The notes below the pieces were generated by a model. The model saw only the letters and a list, made by a program, of their open reading frames with translations. It did not search any database and was not told the DNA's origin. Shown here in pieces: positions 39,988-52,643 of a stretch of DNA of 64,000 nt (within the stretch, counting starts at the first letter, position 1; every line of letters begins with the position of its first letter). The position numbers were made by a program, and so were the translations under genes. The stretch is from assembly GCA_013265495.1 (NCBI GenBank), contig MU058387.1, forward strand, positions 1,240,001 through 1,304,000. Reading direction: 5' to 3'. This DNA is from Vicugna vicugna. Taxonomy: Eukaryota.

Positions 39988-40330
39988 GATTTCACACCTG
40001 TTAGAATGGGTGTATCAAAAAGACTAGAAATAACGAGTGTTGGTGAAGATGTCGAGAAAGGGGAAACCTTGTGCACTGTTGGTGACTATGCAAATTGATG
40101 CAGTCGCCATGAAAAATAGTATGGCAATATCTCAAAAATTAAAAATAGAACTACCATATGATACAGAAATTCCACTTTTGAGTATCTATCCAAAGAAAAC
40201 AAAAACACTAACTCAGAAAGATATATGGCCCCGCAGTGTTCATTACAGTATTATTTACAAAAACCAAGATATGAAAACAACCTAATGTCCACTGATGGAT
40301 GAATGGATAAAGAAATTGTGATATATATGA
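39988..40330 (+). mobile_element. L1 ORF2 C-terminal fragment, sense
   Basis: cacacctgttagaatgg. The ORF track gives LKIELPYDTEIPLLSIYPK. Also gatggatgaatggataaagaaattgtg. Confidence 0.9.
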
Positions 40331-40374
40331 GACATATTATATCTTTTATGTATATATATATGTCATATATATCA

Positions 40375-41405
40375 GATATTTCAACTCATTTGCTATTGAG
40401 TTGTATGAGTTCTTTATTTAAATTTTGGATATTAGCCTCTTATCAGATATATAATTTGCAAATATTTTCTCACATTCAATAGTTTGCTTTTTCATTTTAT
40501 TGATGGCTTTCTTTGCCATGCAGAGGTTTTTCTTTGTTTGTTTGTTTTGTATTGTTTTTTGTTTTTAACTTGATATAGTCCTGCTTGTTCATTTTTGCTT
40601 TTGTCAATTTTGCTTTCAGTGTCAGATTCAAAAAATCATTGCCAAGACCTATGGCAAGGGGTTAACCACCTATAATTAAATTCCAGGAGTTTTATGAATT
40701 CAGGACTTACATATAAATCTTTGATTCATTTTGAGTTAATTTTTGTGTATGGTGTAGGTTAGTGTTCCAGATTCATCCTTTTGCATTCTTTGTACAGTTT
40801 TCCCAACACCACTTATGTAAGAGATTGTCCTTTCCCCATTGTATTCTTGGGTTCTTTATCATAAAATAATTGACCATACACACATGGGTTTATTTAAGAG
40901 CTCTCTGTGTGTATGTTTTTATGTCAATACCACACTCTTTTAATTACTATAGTTTTGTTATATAGTTTGAAATCAGGAAGCAGAATACCTTCAGCTTTGT
41001 TCTTCTTTCTCAATCATTGCTTTGGATATTTAAGTTATTTTGTGATTCTATAAAAATTTTAGACTTCTTCTATTTCTGTGAAAAATGTCTTTGGAATGTT
41101 GATATGTGTTGTGTTGAATCTATATATATTGCTTTGGATAGTATGGATATTTTAATAACAATTATTCTAATCCATGAGCATTGGATAACTTTTCATTCAT
41201 TTTTGTTTTCTTTCATTTTTTTTTCATTATGCTGTTATAGTTTTCAATATATGGGTCTTTCACCTTTTTTAACTTAATTCCATCTTTCTTAACTTTCTTA
41301 AATTTATTCCTGGATATTTTATTTTCACTGATGCAATTGTAAATGGGATTGTTTTCTTAAATTTTCTTTCTGTTCGTTATTAGTGCATGGAAATGCAACA
41401 GATTT
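40375..41405 (-). mobile_element. L1 ORF2 internal fragment, antisense
   Basis: ttgctattgagttgtatgagttcttta, tttgcaaatattttctc, gatgcaattgtaaatgggattgttttctt. Confidence 0.9.
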
Positions 41406-41429
41406 GGACATATCTTAAAGTGTACATAC

Positions 41430-41666
41430 TATCAAATTCAGAAATAGTTAAAACTAATTTATGATAGAAGGAAAGTTAGTGGGTTACATTTGGAATGAGG
41501 TAACATCTAGTAGGGGAGCAAAGAGGGCTCCACAGTTCTGCATCGTTCTATTTCTTTATCCTAGTGCTGGGCTTTTTGGAGATGTCCACATTAAGAAAGT
41601 TCTCTAGGCTATACACATGATTTGTACATTTTTCTGTAGGTGTCTTACACATTGATTAAAATAAAA
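41430..41666 (+). mobile_element. L1ME-like 3' terminus
   Basis: aaaactaatttatgatag, gttctatttcttt, tatacacatgatttgtacatttttctgta, ending attaaaataaaa. Confidence 0.7.
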
Positions 41667-44600
41667 TGTAGAGGGCACATACTTGTACACCATTGTAATA
41701 GTGTGATACTAAAAGAGAAGAGAATGTTCTTTGCAAAAGAAAAATCTAGGGGTAGAGACATTTTCTTTACTAAAATTGTGAGAGTTAAAAATGTTCATTG
41801 TGTTATTGTTATTTTACCATAGTACTTTCTCAATATTAGTCACTAGCAAAAGTGTCAGGAATATACTTTGCAGGCCAGAGAACAGAGAGCCATGTTCTTT
41901 ATAACTTAAATGATTTTTTGATAAGCAGTCCTATATATTGTGGAAATTTAGTGGCCAGAGAGAGGTTAATATGTCTGAAACATTTTAACAATTAATTTTG
42001 ATTCATTTTAAATTGAATAGACCAATACAACTTTCGGTCATAGAATGTTAATAGGATTCATTGGCACTTTGAAAAACTCCATAATGTTGTCACTGAAAAG
42101 CCCATGAATTGCACTGAAGTATTGGGGTGACACAGTGAGCCAGGTGACATTCTGGAGTCACTTTTTCCTTCTCTGCAGGAAAATACAGCATCAGTGCTCA
42201 GGGAGTATAATATGGTTTGAATTAAGAAGTCTAAATGCTGGGAAGAGAATCCAAATCCAAAATTTCCAAATGACAGCTTAGATACAGAGTGCCAAATTGT
42301 ATCCCTCTCATGCTGTGCTACTGAAAGCCAAGAAAAACTAAAACTCAACAAAGGGACTTTTCATGCTATCTGTAGTGATCCAAATCAAGAAACCTATTCA
42401 GGCTGGAGGCCATTAAACCAAGAGCTGCATGCTATGCCGTGAATCAGCTAGACTCTACCATACCACGCTCGTATATATGTTAGATCAGCTGGTGTGCTTC
42501 CCTATTCTTGAACTGAAAAAAAGGTGGGCTAACAGAAGAAGGTGCTAGTTTGACTTGCTATATTTATGGGATCATAATATTTTCATTAACTATGTGTGTG
42601 TAATTCAGTGAATGTGTTAACACTTGGAAACATCTGAACCACATTAAGGGATAAAGTACAGGCTCAGCGTTGACTAGGATTACCAATATTGCCAGCATAT
42701 CCAGATTATTTTGTCAAAAATTAATAATGTGCCAGAATAACTCCAAACAGCTAGATATTTGTAAATAGATGTATGAACAATCTCATGGTTTGGCCTCATG
42801 TGCAGTTGGTGATGCTGATGGATTAATCCTGATCATTATTCCTTGGGAACATTGACCAAGAAACTGTAATGTTATGATTTCATAACAATAACTTGACTTT
42901 TTATTGTGCTTTATATTTTTCAGAATATTTTCACGTATTCTATTTTATTTGCCCAACGCATAACCCTTTCCAATTAAACAGAGCTTGTTTATTTGTTTGT
43001 TTTAAAAAGAGATGAATGAAACATGTTTTAATAGCTCCATCAATGTCATAGTTGGTTACACACAGATGAGAATCCATCTTTCGAGAATCCATTTTAATTA
43101 AAATGTATTCACTTCTCTTTCTCACTACTCTGATACCATGAAATAGAGCATAACGTTTGCTGTGAAGTGCACAGATCTATTGAGTTAAAAAACACTATAA
43201 CATATCTTGATGTGTTCTCACCTTCTGTGTGTTACCATGGCACTCCTGGAGGTTAACACTGTAAGGAATGTTCCATAACACAACTACATAGCAACATTTC
43301 TATAGATTTAGAATAAACGAATTTTGGGGCAGAAAGAGGCCTACCAGTCCCTTCTTGAGAAATAAGAAGAAACAAGTTCAAGTACGACTTGTGATCTATT
43401 TGAAGCCACATGGTAAACTCCACGCTGGGAGTAGAATTAGTCCAGTGACTAAAGCCAGCTCTCTTTTTAAGATACTACAGATACATTTTTTTTAGTTGAA
43501 AACAAAAGAAAAAAATTCCTAGATAGAATGAGACACTTAGAAAATATTACTCACTATATTTGGGTTGACATTGTCCCAAGATTATTACAAATAAGTTTAG
43601 TCACATTTTGGAAAAGTTTTGATATTTTCTCTATTTCAATCCAGCTGGACAGCAGCCTTGCAACAGTGACATTCTTTTGCCCTTTCAGATGGAAGCCAAG
43701 ACCAGAGGCACTTTACCCTAGAAACAGGGTTTGCTGTAATAATTTGAGGACAAAACATATTTTTTTTCTCTATATATCTTACCTGAATCACTTCAGTCTC
43801 AGTCATCCACTACGATGCTTATTTTATATATATTTATACCTTTTCAATATATAAAACATTTCCACTTAAAATGAAATAACTCCATGAGATGTGAATTTGA
43901 TTTTGGTGCATAAATAAAAAATGTGTGAAGAAACATTTAAACTTCAGGGGCAAGTTAATATGAAGGGCAAGAGTATAAGAAATGAAAACTGTTTCTGATT
44001 GCAAAGTAAATTATATTTTACAGTGCTTTATCAAAACTCTACTTGTAAATCAGTGCTGTATTTTCAGTACATATTTTATTACTCCACATTTATAAATATA
44101 TATGTATATGTTTAGACTCACGCTTTCTCTACTCAGCTTAATTTGTTACTCTGATATTTATAGGTGAACATTATTAATCCAATACTCATAACTGCATAAT
44201 CTATAAAATAATACGACATGTTTTTAGGGCCATAAAATTAATTGATATGAAATGAAAACATTTGCATGGTTTAGTATGTTTTTTTTTAATCTAAGTCCAG
44301 CCAACTACTTCAGTTTCTTCTCCCCTATTTTCCAAAGTGTATTGGTTGATTTTTCCACATGAAAATTGGTACAGGAGAAGACACACCCTGATTCTTCCTT
44401 ACTGACTAATTTTTTCTACAGAACATCCAGAGACTAGTTCAAGTGGAAGAAAATCACTGACTTATTATAAGGTGATATGTTTCACTTTCCCAAGCACACT
44501 CACTTTAATACAACTGAATGATACATGCTTATTTTAAATAGGTGTTAATATTTATAGTTTATATCTAGTTAAAACCCTTTTTCTAAAGGCTTTTGAAATG

Positions 44601-46049
44601 ACTGATTTAGGTCTTAAAATTTAATAAATGAATTGATTTTTTGAAAGTAGAAAATCATAACATTTGCTTAATTTTGTCTGAATACTTATACAGGCCTGTG
44701 GGTATATATGTATACATATGTTTATATTATGTTTTTAAATGCATATAAGTTATTGCTGTTGATATACAGGTGCATATATATAAACTAATGCTATTTTCCG
44801 TGCTTCCATGCTTCACAGAACTAATATATTTGGCTGATTTTCAGTAACAGTTTCAGTTTCTGCTTAAAGATTTTCATTTCTCTAAGTTTAATATATTTCT
44901 TTTTCTATGTTGTGATCTTGGTTCCATTTTTTTTTAACATGTAATTATCTACTATTTTCTCCCATAGCTCATAGGAGATGTATTTACACATTTTATTATT
45001 TAGGTAAAACAAGTTTTTTACACTGATAATAAAAAGGGAGGGACTAAGTAAACCTGCTCTTTCTGCCACACCGTATTGTGTTTCAGAACATGATGTAACT
45101 TAAAACATCGCATCTGATATTATTCTGATAAAATATACATCATGGACTTTGAAAGTGATCTGTTCTTGTTGCTTAATGCTTCTCTGTACGTGGAATAGAT
45201 ACGAATACTAACCATCAGCAAATCAATAGATGTTTTCATTCTTATTAACCTCTACAAAAAGCAATTATTTAGGTCTCTGAGTCTCTCCTACATAGGTCAG
45301 CCTCTCTATTGGTGAGCTTGTTTTTGAGCAAGGGTGAGCCAGTGCAGTATTCTTGTGTCTATAGATTTAAGGTGCCACTTAATTTCCATCAGAAACTGGA
45401 TTACCTGCACAATAAGAAAAGTAAAGGAATTATTTCATTATCATGTATCAGAATTTTTTGCTGCTGTTCTTTTTTGTCAGGAATAAGAAGGTGACAAATT
45501 TGATACAAACTCATTTTACTTCTTGGAGCAGTATTAAAAAAAAAAGGGGGCAATCTGCAACTGATGGAGCCATCTGTGTATTTGTGCATTTTTTAATATT
45601 AGTTGTTTACAAGTTGTCACCTGTTTTAACTGTCTTTTTATTACTCAAAATTTGTAAGGAACCAAGTTAATGGGTTAAAATTAGTAACAAGAGAGTCAAG
45701 GTCTGCCATTTTCCTTTTCATATCTATGTATTTATTTTCCCTTGGGATTTAATTGGAATTAAACTCTTGGAATTCCCACTGGCCTTCTGTAAAGTGTAGA
45801 AGTGGAATCAGTAAACCTAAAAGAATTGCCATGTAAGTGTTGGACCAAGTATACTAAAATGTGGGTTACTTTGGTGGTTTCTGTTAACCGAGTATCCAGT
45901 TTGACCATTTTGAAGACATTAATAATGAATAAGTAAAATATGTGGTTTATCAGTTGAAATGTTCTTAGTGATTCATCAGAGTGGATTCAACCATGCTATA
46001 ACAAAATACCTGAAAAAACAGAAAAAAGTATGGGAGAATACTGTATCTG

Positions 46050-46560
46050 CATATACCCACGACAGATATTTAACATAGTTCATCATGTTGCAATATTTGT
46101 TTGAGAACATTTTTGCTTTAACAGATAGCATTATTTAATATGCCTATCTTGTTTCTTCCTCTCAAGAGGTAACCATAATCCTCAAGTTGTTGAATTTCTA
46201 TAGAGTTCACATTTTTATAGGTAGGCATCTCCAACAACATATGTTTTTGTGTTTTTAATTCACTTACAATGGGATTAATACTGTATATACCATTTTGCTT
46301 CTTTTTTTTTTACTGAAAGTTCTGTTTTTGACATTTATATATACTTGGCTTATATTTAGATCTGTTTAACTTATTTTAAAATTTCATTATATGACTATAC
46401 CATCATTTATTTATGTATTCTTCAAATGATGCATATTTATGTAATTACCAATTGTTCACTGACGATGCAAACATGCTATTAAAGGTGAACAATTTTCTCA
46501 GGTATTTACTTGGAACTAAAATTTTTTGATGGTAGGGTTTGTATATCTTGATCTTACCAG
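46050..46560 (-). mobile_element. Old L1ME-like 3' fragments
   Basis: agaggtaaccataatcctcaag, ttcattatatgactataccatcatttatt. Confidence 0.55.
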
Positions 46561-46705
46561 GCTCAAAACATGAACTCAATTTTTTGCTCAGATTAAGAAA
46601 TAAAGCACTCAAAATGTTTCAGTAAATCATATTGGGAGAGAAGAGGCAGTAGATCATTGAAAGTAAACCAATCGCACAAACCTAAAAGCATTTCAAGAGC
46701 ATCAG

Positions 46706-46745
46706 TTTGTTTTTTGTTTGTTTGTTTGTTTGTTTGTTTGTTTGT
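46706..46745 (+). repeat. (TTTG)n microsatellite between imperfect 15-bp direct repeats
   Basis: aagagcatcagtttg (46695-46709) and aagagcgtcagtctg (46746-46760). Confidence 0.85.
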
Positions 46746-46839
46746 AAGAGCGTCAGTCTGACTCACAGTATACTGTAGGAAAATCAGGGCTCCTGTTTGG
46801 AGGGACACCATTTGGAACCCAATTGATGGAATCCATTTA

Positions 46840-47400
46840 ACAATAATGACATCACCTATCTGATCCCCCTGCCTCCAGCTACTTCTATTACATCTTTCAT
46901 TTGCCGCCAGGACAATCTTCAAAACAGAAATATGATAATGTCAAGCCCTCACTTTAAAACTGTTGACAGTCCTCTGGTTCACCAATGTATTTCTAACCGA
47001 TTAGAGAAACTTAATCTCTTTTTCCTTTAATTTCCCATCCTTCTCTAAACTCTAAACTTGACTCAAATCTTTCAGCTTTGAATTATTCATAAAGCCCTGC
47101 ATGAGACATGCTTTCTCACATTTTCAGGACTTTGGTTGTATTTTCTTTCCTGTCTGGAATCCCTCTGCAACTCTTCTTTCTGACTAGCAATTCCCTTCTC
47201 ATCATGTAACGCAATGTATGTAAGAATTGCCTCTGATATTTTTCTATGAAGGCTTCCTGGTAGCTCTCCGCAAGTAAAATCAATCTCTTCCCATCTGTAC
47301 TTATGTATATATGTAGTAACATTTATCATGTCTTATTTTAACCCTAATATTTTGAGCTCCAAAGACAGCTTATTTAACAAAGCATAATTTTAAAGCACTA
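46840..47400 (+). mobile_element. L2 fragments
   Basis: ccaggacaatcttcaaaacagaaatatgataatgtc, tttcctgtctggaatcccctc. Confidence 0.55.
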
Positions 47401-48604
47401 AGAAATTGAGATTGTATCTAATTTATCTCTTTAAATTAAAGGTGTTCAGTGGAAATGTGCTCAATGTAGAGATGAAGTCTGTGGTTTAATAAGTGTTTTA
47501 TGTTTATTAAACACATCTTTATGGACTATGTATGGTTTGTGTTCTACCAGATGGAAATATAACTTTAAGCTATTGCCCCTTTCTAAAAAAAATTAAAAAG
47601 AATTGAAGTGTTTGCATCTTCCCCTCAACTTGTTGTCTGTTGTTTGGGTCTCTGAATCATGGGTTGTCTTTGACCAGAGGACACAGTTATACTAAGTGGC
47701 CTCTCCTAAAGTTGAATTAATGACAAGCACATCACTTGGACAGTGTTCTAAACCACTACAGTGACAATATTTCCATGTGCAAGGTGTGAATGCATGAAAT
47801 TTATGAAATGATGATCTAATTTACCTCCTGAACTCAAGGAGAATAGCTCGAATGGGTAACATTTTGAGGGTAAGAGGGACCTTGGAAAACTGGCTCCCAG
47901 CCACTGAAGACGAGCACTGTTCCAGCTATTGCATTTCACCTCATGCTATAATTTAGTCTTGCCCTTTGCAGGATCTCCAAACACCACACAAATATTATAT
48001 TTATGAGAGTAGAGACTGCAGCTAACTTTCTCCAAGCACTTGTACCATAGACCCTTCCACTTATAGGAAAAAATAAAAACATTCAAATAATGTTCCCTTG
48101 GACAGACTACAAAGACCTGATCATAGCTCCCTTGTCATTTTTCTCTTTTTGAGAAATATAACTTTAAACTACTTTTGAATTATGTGAGAAGAGACAGTGC
48201 ATATTTTCTACTTTAAAAGCAATTGAAGGTGGAGTTCTCTGGCACAAAGGCAATTCAAAAATAGCTGAAGCTTAAGAGTTGAAACTCCCCTTTGTCTGGT
48301 AAATATCGAATAGAGTTATTAGCAATGAGCTGTTTTCAAATGCTCAATACAAAATTGCAAGAGTGTTTAGGTTTATAAATACTTTGTAGGCAATGGAAGT
48401 GTCAAATTGAGGGTACTGTTTCTTCAGTTAGAATTTTGAACAGTGATGAGCTCTTGGGTGCCTAATTGTTAAGTCTTTCAAATTAAAAAAGGACAGAAAT
48501 TAAATGCAAAAAAAGAAATGAGAAATTCTTGATATTTCATGTGAAGTATCATTCTATTACCTTGTTTGAGATTCATTCAAATGTACCACTTGGTGTGGGA
48601 AATA

Positions 48605-48785
48605 TATTAGTGTAATATTAAGATCAAGAGCTTTGAACTCAAAAAGCATTTGGTTCAAATCCTGTCCTCAACATTTTTCTATTTAATGTGAACAAATTCA
48701 TTAACCTGCTATGATTACTCAGTTTACTTATCCATAAAATATATGTATGTCAATCATAGTACCTAACTTAATAGGTTGATGGAAG
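48605..48785 (+). mobile_element. MIR
   Basis: gagctttgaactca..tggttcaaatcctg..ctcagtttacttatccataaaat..atagtacctaacttaatagg. Confidence 0.7.
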
Positions 48786-50329
48786 TGGTCTATCTTCATT
48801 GAGAATAATCTGTCCCAAACTTAATTCATAGCTTTTCAGAAAATCAAGTGCCTTCTACATTAAAAGTGAGATTCATAGGGAAGATTAGAAATATTTTGAA
48901 AATATTTTTAAAGATGCTATATCTTTCATAAAGTAATAAATTGGCAATCAAGCTTCTAATTTATATACCATATAAAGAAGCAATTCGTTGCAAAATTCTA
49001 TGCACAGAATTTTCACCTAAGTCCCAACTCAGAGACTTTAGTGTAATTCCTATGGATAGCTCTGCACACATCTTTAAGCTGCAATGAGTTGTTAAGGGGC
49101 AAGACAAAATCACCCTATGCAAATGTCAAGGTGGCTGTATCCTGACAGATGGCGTACGAGAAAAAAAAAATAACATTTAAAGTTCAGGTCACTTTTAAGA
49201 AAAGGAAGCATGATGCTGTATTACTCTGGAAAAAAGCTGAAGTAATATGCACAAAAGAAAGGAAGTGAAGGTTAATTAGAAACAAAACACACGTATACCT
49301 AGATGAAGGCAGCTGGACAGGTATTAGGTAAATGAATGACTACATATGTAAATGGATGAAAGCGGATGGATTACATGGACTTCCAATCAGAGAAGCTGCC
49401 TAAACCTTGTGTCAGTCTGATGGCATAGCTAAAATAGACTGTTCAAGGAAACATAATTATTAATACCTTCAATCAGTTTAGACCTCTTTCAAGGTCTATG
49501 TTGAACAGAAGACCTGGAGAATCCTATTTAAAAAAAAAATGGGAAAATATTAATTGGGAACAATTTCAGTATCATGGTTTCTGTGTAAAAGCAGTAAACC
49601 ATTTAAAAATTTAAAAATATGAAGTAATGCTTCTATTTAGACTTTATGTCATTATTTAAAAGATGTGGAACTCGTTAAGACTTCAGCCCAATTATAGAAT
49701 GAACCTTGAATTTAATACTACCCTTGTTTCAGCAGGGACAAAATAATAATAGGGATTTCCTTGAGGAACGCTTTGCTTTGTATATAGCAGCGAAGGCTAG
49801 CGTATCAAATTGATGTCCCCTTCTTCTTGGACCAAAGAAGACCACATTGCCCGGTGGCCCTTGCTCTTTCTTTGGCCATGTGCCTAAGTTCTGGGCAAGG
49901 GACTATAGGTGGAACTAATAGGTACTACTTCCCAAACTAGATCATAAGAAACATTCATACATAATTCTTCTCTTATTTCTTCTGCTAGTTTGGTGTAGTT
50001 GAGGATAAGAAAATTGAAAGCAACACGTTGAAGATAATTGAAGCCTAGATGGAAAGCACCTGGAAAACCTAACATGATAGACAGTTGGAAAATCCCTGAA
50101 TGACTCCTTGAAGGAAAGCTGCCCTTCATCCACAGATACACATTCATCGACCCTCATAGACTCTATATAGGATATAAATGAACGTTACCTGCATGGGAAA
50201 TAACTATTTTTCTTTTCATGTTTGAGTCACTATATATTTTCAGTTTCTATCTAGTACATGAGTTTTTATTTTATCTTTAGTGAGAATAGCTCCTTTATGT
50301 GAAAATAGTTGTCCAAATATGGTTGAGAA

Positions 50330-52570
50330 ATTTCTATCTGAGACAGTTTTTTTAATGAAATTTTCTAGTCAATCACCTGTTCTTCTTAGAGGCAACCACC
50401 ACAGTTTACCATATAACCATAGATTAGTTACCCATATTTTAGAAATTCATAGAAATGGAGCCATAAAACACCTATTCCTTTGGTTTGGCTTCTTTCATAA
50501 ATATTATGTATTGAGATTCATCCATGTTGTTGGTGTAGAAGTAGTATATTTCCTTTTTATTCAGTTACGTTCTATCTAATAAGTATATTACAATTGGCCT
50601 CTTCTTTATTGTGCTTATAAAAATGAACATTTTGAACATTTTCAGTTTGGAGCCACTGTAAACAAAACTGCTACGAGCATTCTTGTACAGATCTTTTTGT
50701 TTCAAGTTTTTGGTATAATATTCAACTTTCCCCAGTGATGTATGAGGTCTTCATTGTTCCATATTCTCACCAAAACTTAGCATTAATCTTTTTAATTTAT
50801 CCATTCTAGTGAGTAGAAATTGGTATCTCATTATTGTTTTAATTGTATTTTCTTTTCCTCGTGGTTAATGATGCTAAGCACCTTTCAAAGTGTGTAAGGT
50901 GGCCTTATTTGTGAAGTGTTTCTTCGAATTATTGCCAATTTATTTTTATTGGGCTATTTGTCTTTTTATTGTTTTAGGTATCCTTTATATAAGTTGAATA
51001 CAAATTCAGTATCAGAAACTGTGTTGAAAATATTGTCTTCTACTCTACGGTTTATCTCTTTTACCTCTTAAAGATGTCTTTTAATGAATACAAAATTCTT
51101 AACTTACTGAAGTCTAGTTTATCAATTTTTATGGTTTTCATTTTTTTGAGCCAAGAAAATTTTGCATTAATGCAAGACTGTGAACATAGTATCCTATAGT
51201 TTCTTCTAGAAATTTATAGTATTAGGTTTTACTGTTAAGTTTTTGTCCAATCTCAATTTGACTTTTATATATGTTATAAGATAAAGTATGGGGTTTTTTT
51301 TTTACCTTCAAAGGATTAGTCAGTTGTTACAGACTATTTACTGAAAATAGTTTCTTTATTCCACTTCATTTTTGATATCTTCCTCAAAATTAATTAATCA
51401 GGTAAGTTTGGGTTAATTCTTGGCCTCTCTGTTCTGTTTCTTTAATATAATGCTAATGCTACACTGTTTTAATTAATGGGGTTTCAAATAAATCAAATTC
51501 TTGCCCAGGTACTCTTCTCAGTGACTGCTGTTTCAGTATTCTCTTTTCCTTATATTTCCAACAAATTAAGAATCAATTTGTCAATTTCTACCAAAGAAAT
51601 ATTCATATTAATTTAGATGAAGTTTTATTGAATCTACAGATACAATTTTGGAAAAAAATCATCTTAACAATATGAGTCTTTCAATCTGCATTAGATCTTA
51701 TTTAATTTTTCTCCACACGGTGTCTGTAAAAGTTTAACTATAGTAGTTTCACATTTTTAAATAAAATAATCTTTAAGTATTTTACATGTTTTGATGCTAT
51801 TGTAAATAATATTTTCATTTTTTTTCAGTTGCTCAGTACTAGAATCTAGGAAGTTAATTATTGCATATTGACTTTATATCTGTGAACTTGTTAAAAATCT
51901 CATATGTTGCAGTAGATTTTTGTGTGTATCCCCACTGAGTTTTAATATAAATAACCAGGCCAGCTGTGCATGAGGAAGAGTTTGCCTTTTCCTTTCTAAT
52001 GTTTATACTTTTCTTTTCTAATGTTTATACTTTCCTTTTTCTTTTTTTATTGCATAGTTATGTTCCCCTGTAGTATCCTGAATAGAAATGGTGAAAGAAG
52101 GATTCTGGCCTTGTTTCCAGACTTAGGATAAGCATGTTCATTGTTTTGCTGCTCTGCTGTTGTTAGCTATCAGCAGTGTGTGGATGCCTTTTAATAGGTA
52201 AGCAGAAGTGTCTTTCTATTGCTGGATTGCTGCAAGTGTTCTTCATGAATGTGAATCTGCTCCAATGATTTCTCTCCATCTCTTTAGATGATCATGTAAT
52301 TTTTCTTGATTTTTACATTAAGCCATTTTTCCTTTCCTGAGATAGACTCTTCTTGTTCATGGTGTATTATCTACTTAAGCATTGATGGGTGTCATTTGTT
52401 AATATTTTGTGAAGGATTTTGCATCTATGCTTACAAGAGATAGTGATGTGTTATTTTATTTACTTATAATTTTCTTGTCAGGTTTTGATATAAAGGCTAT
52501 TCTTGCCTCATAAAAAAAGAGTTGGGAGTTATTTTTTTCCTTCTTTATATTCTGATAGAGTTTGATAGTA
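50330..52570 (-). mobile_element. Old L1M (ORF2 3' half and 3'UTR)
   Basis: agaggcaaccac, ttgagattcatccatgttgttg, tggtatctcattattgttttaattgtattt, tgaatagaaatggtgaaag, ttgcctcataaaa. Confidence 0.85.
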
Positions 52571-52643
52571 CTCAGAACACAATATCAAGAAACTCTCACC
52601 GGGTAAATATGGAACTGTTTGAACATCAAAAAGCAAATGATTA

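Noticed and set aside
49141..49156. CTCF-like motif ctgacagatggcgt
   Set aside because: Only a partial match, which cannot be supported without PWM scoring or ChIP data.
51987..52036. 22-bp tandem duplication in an old L1
   Set aside because: Real but an ordinary slippage event.
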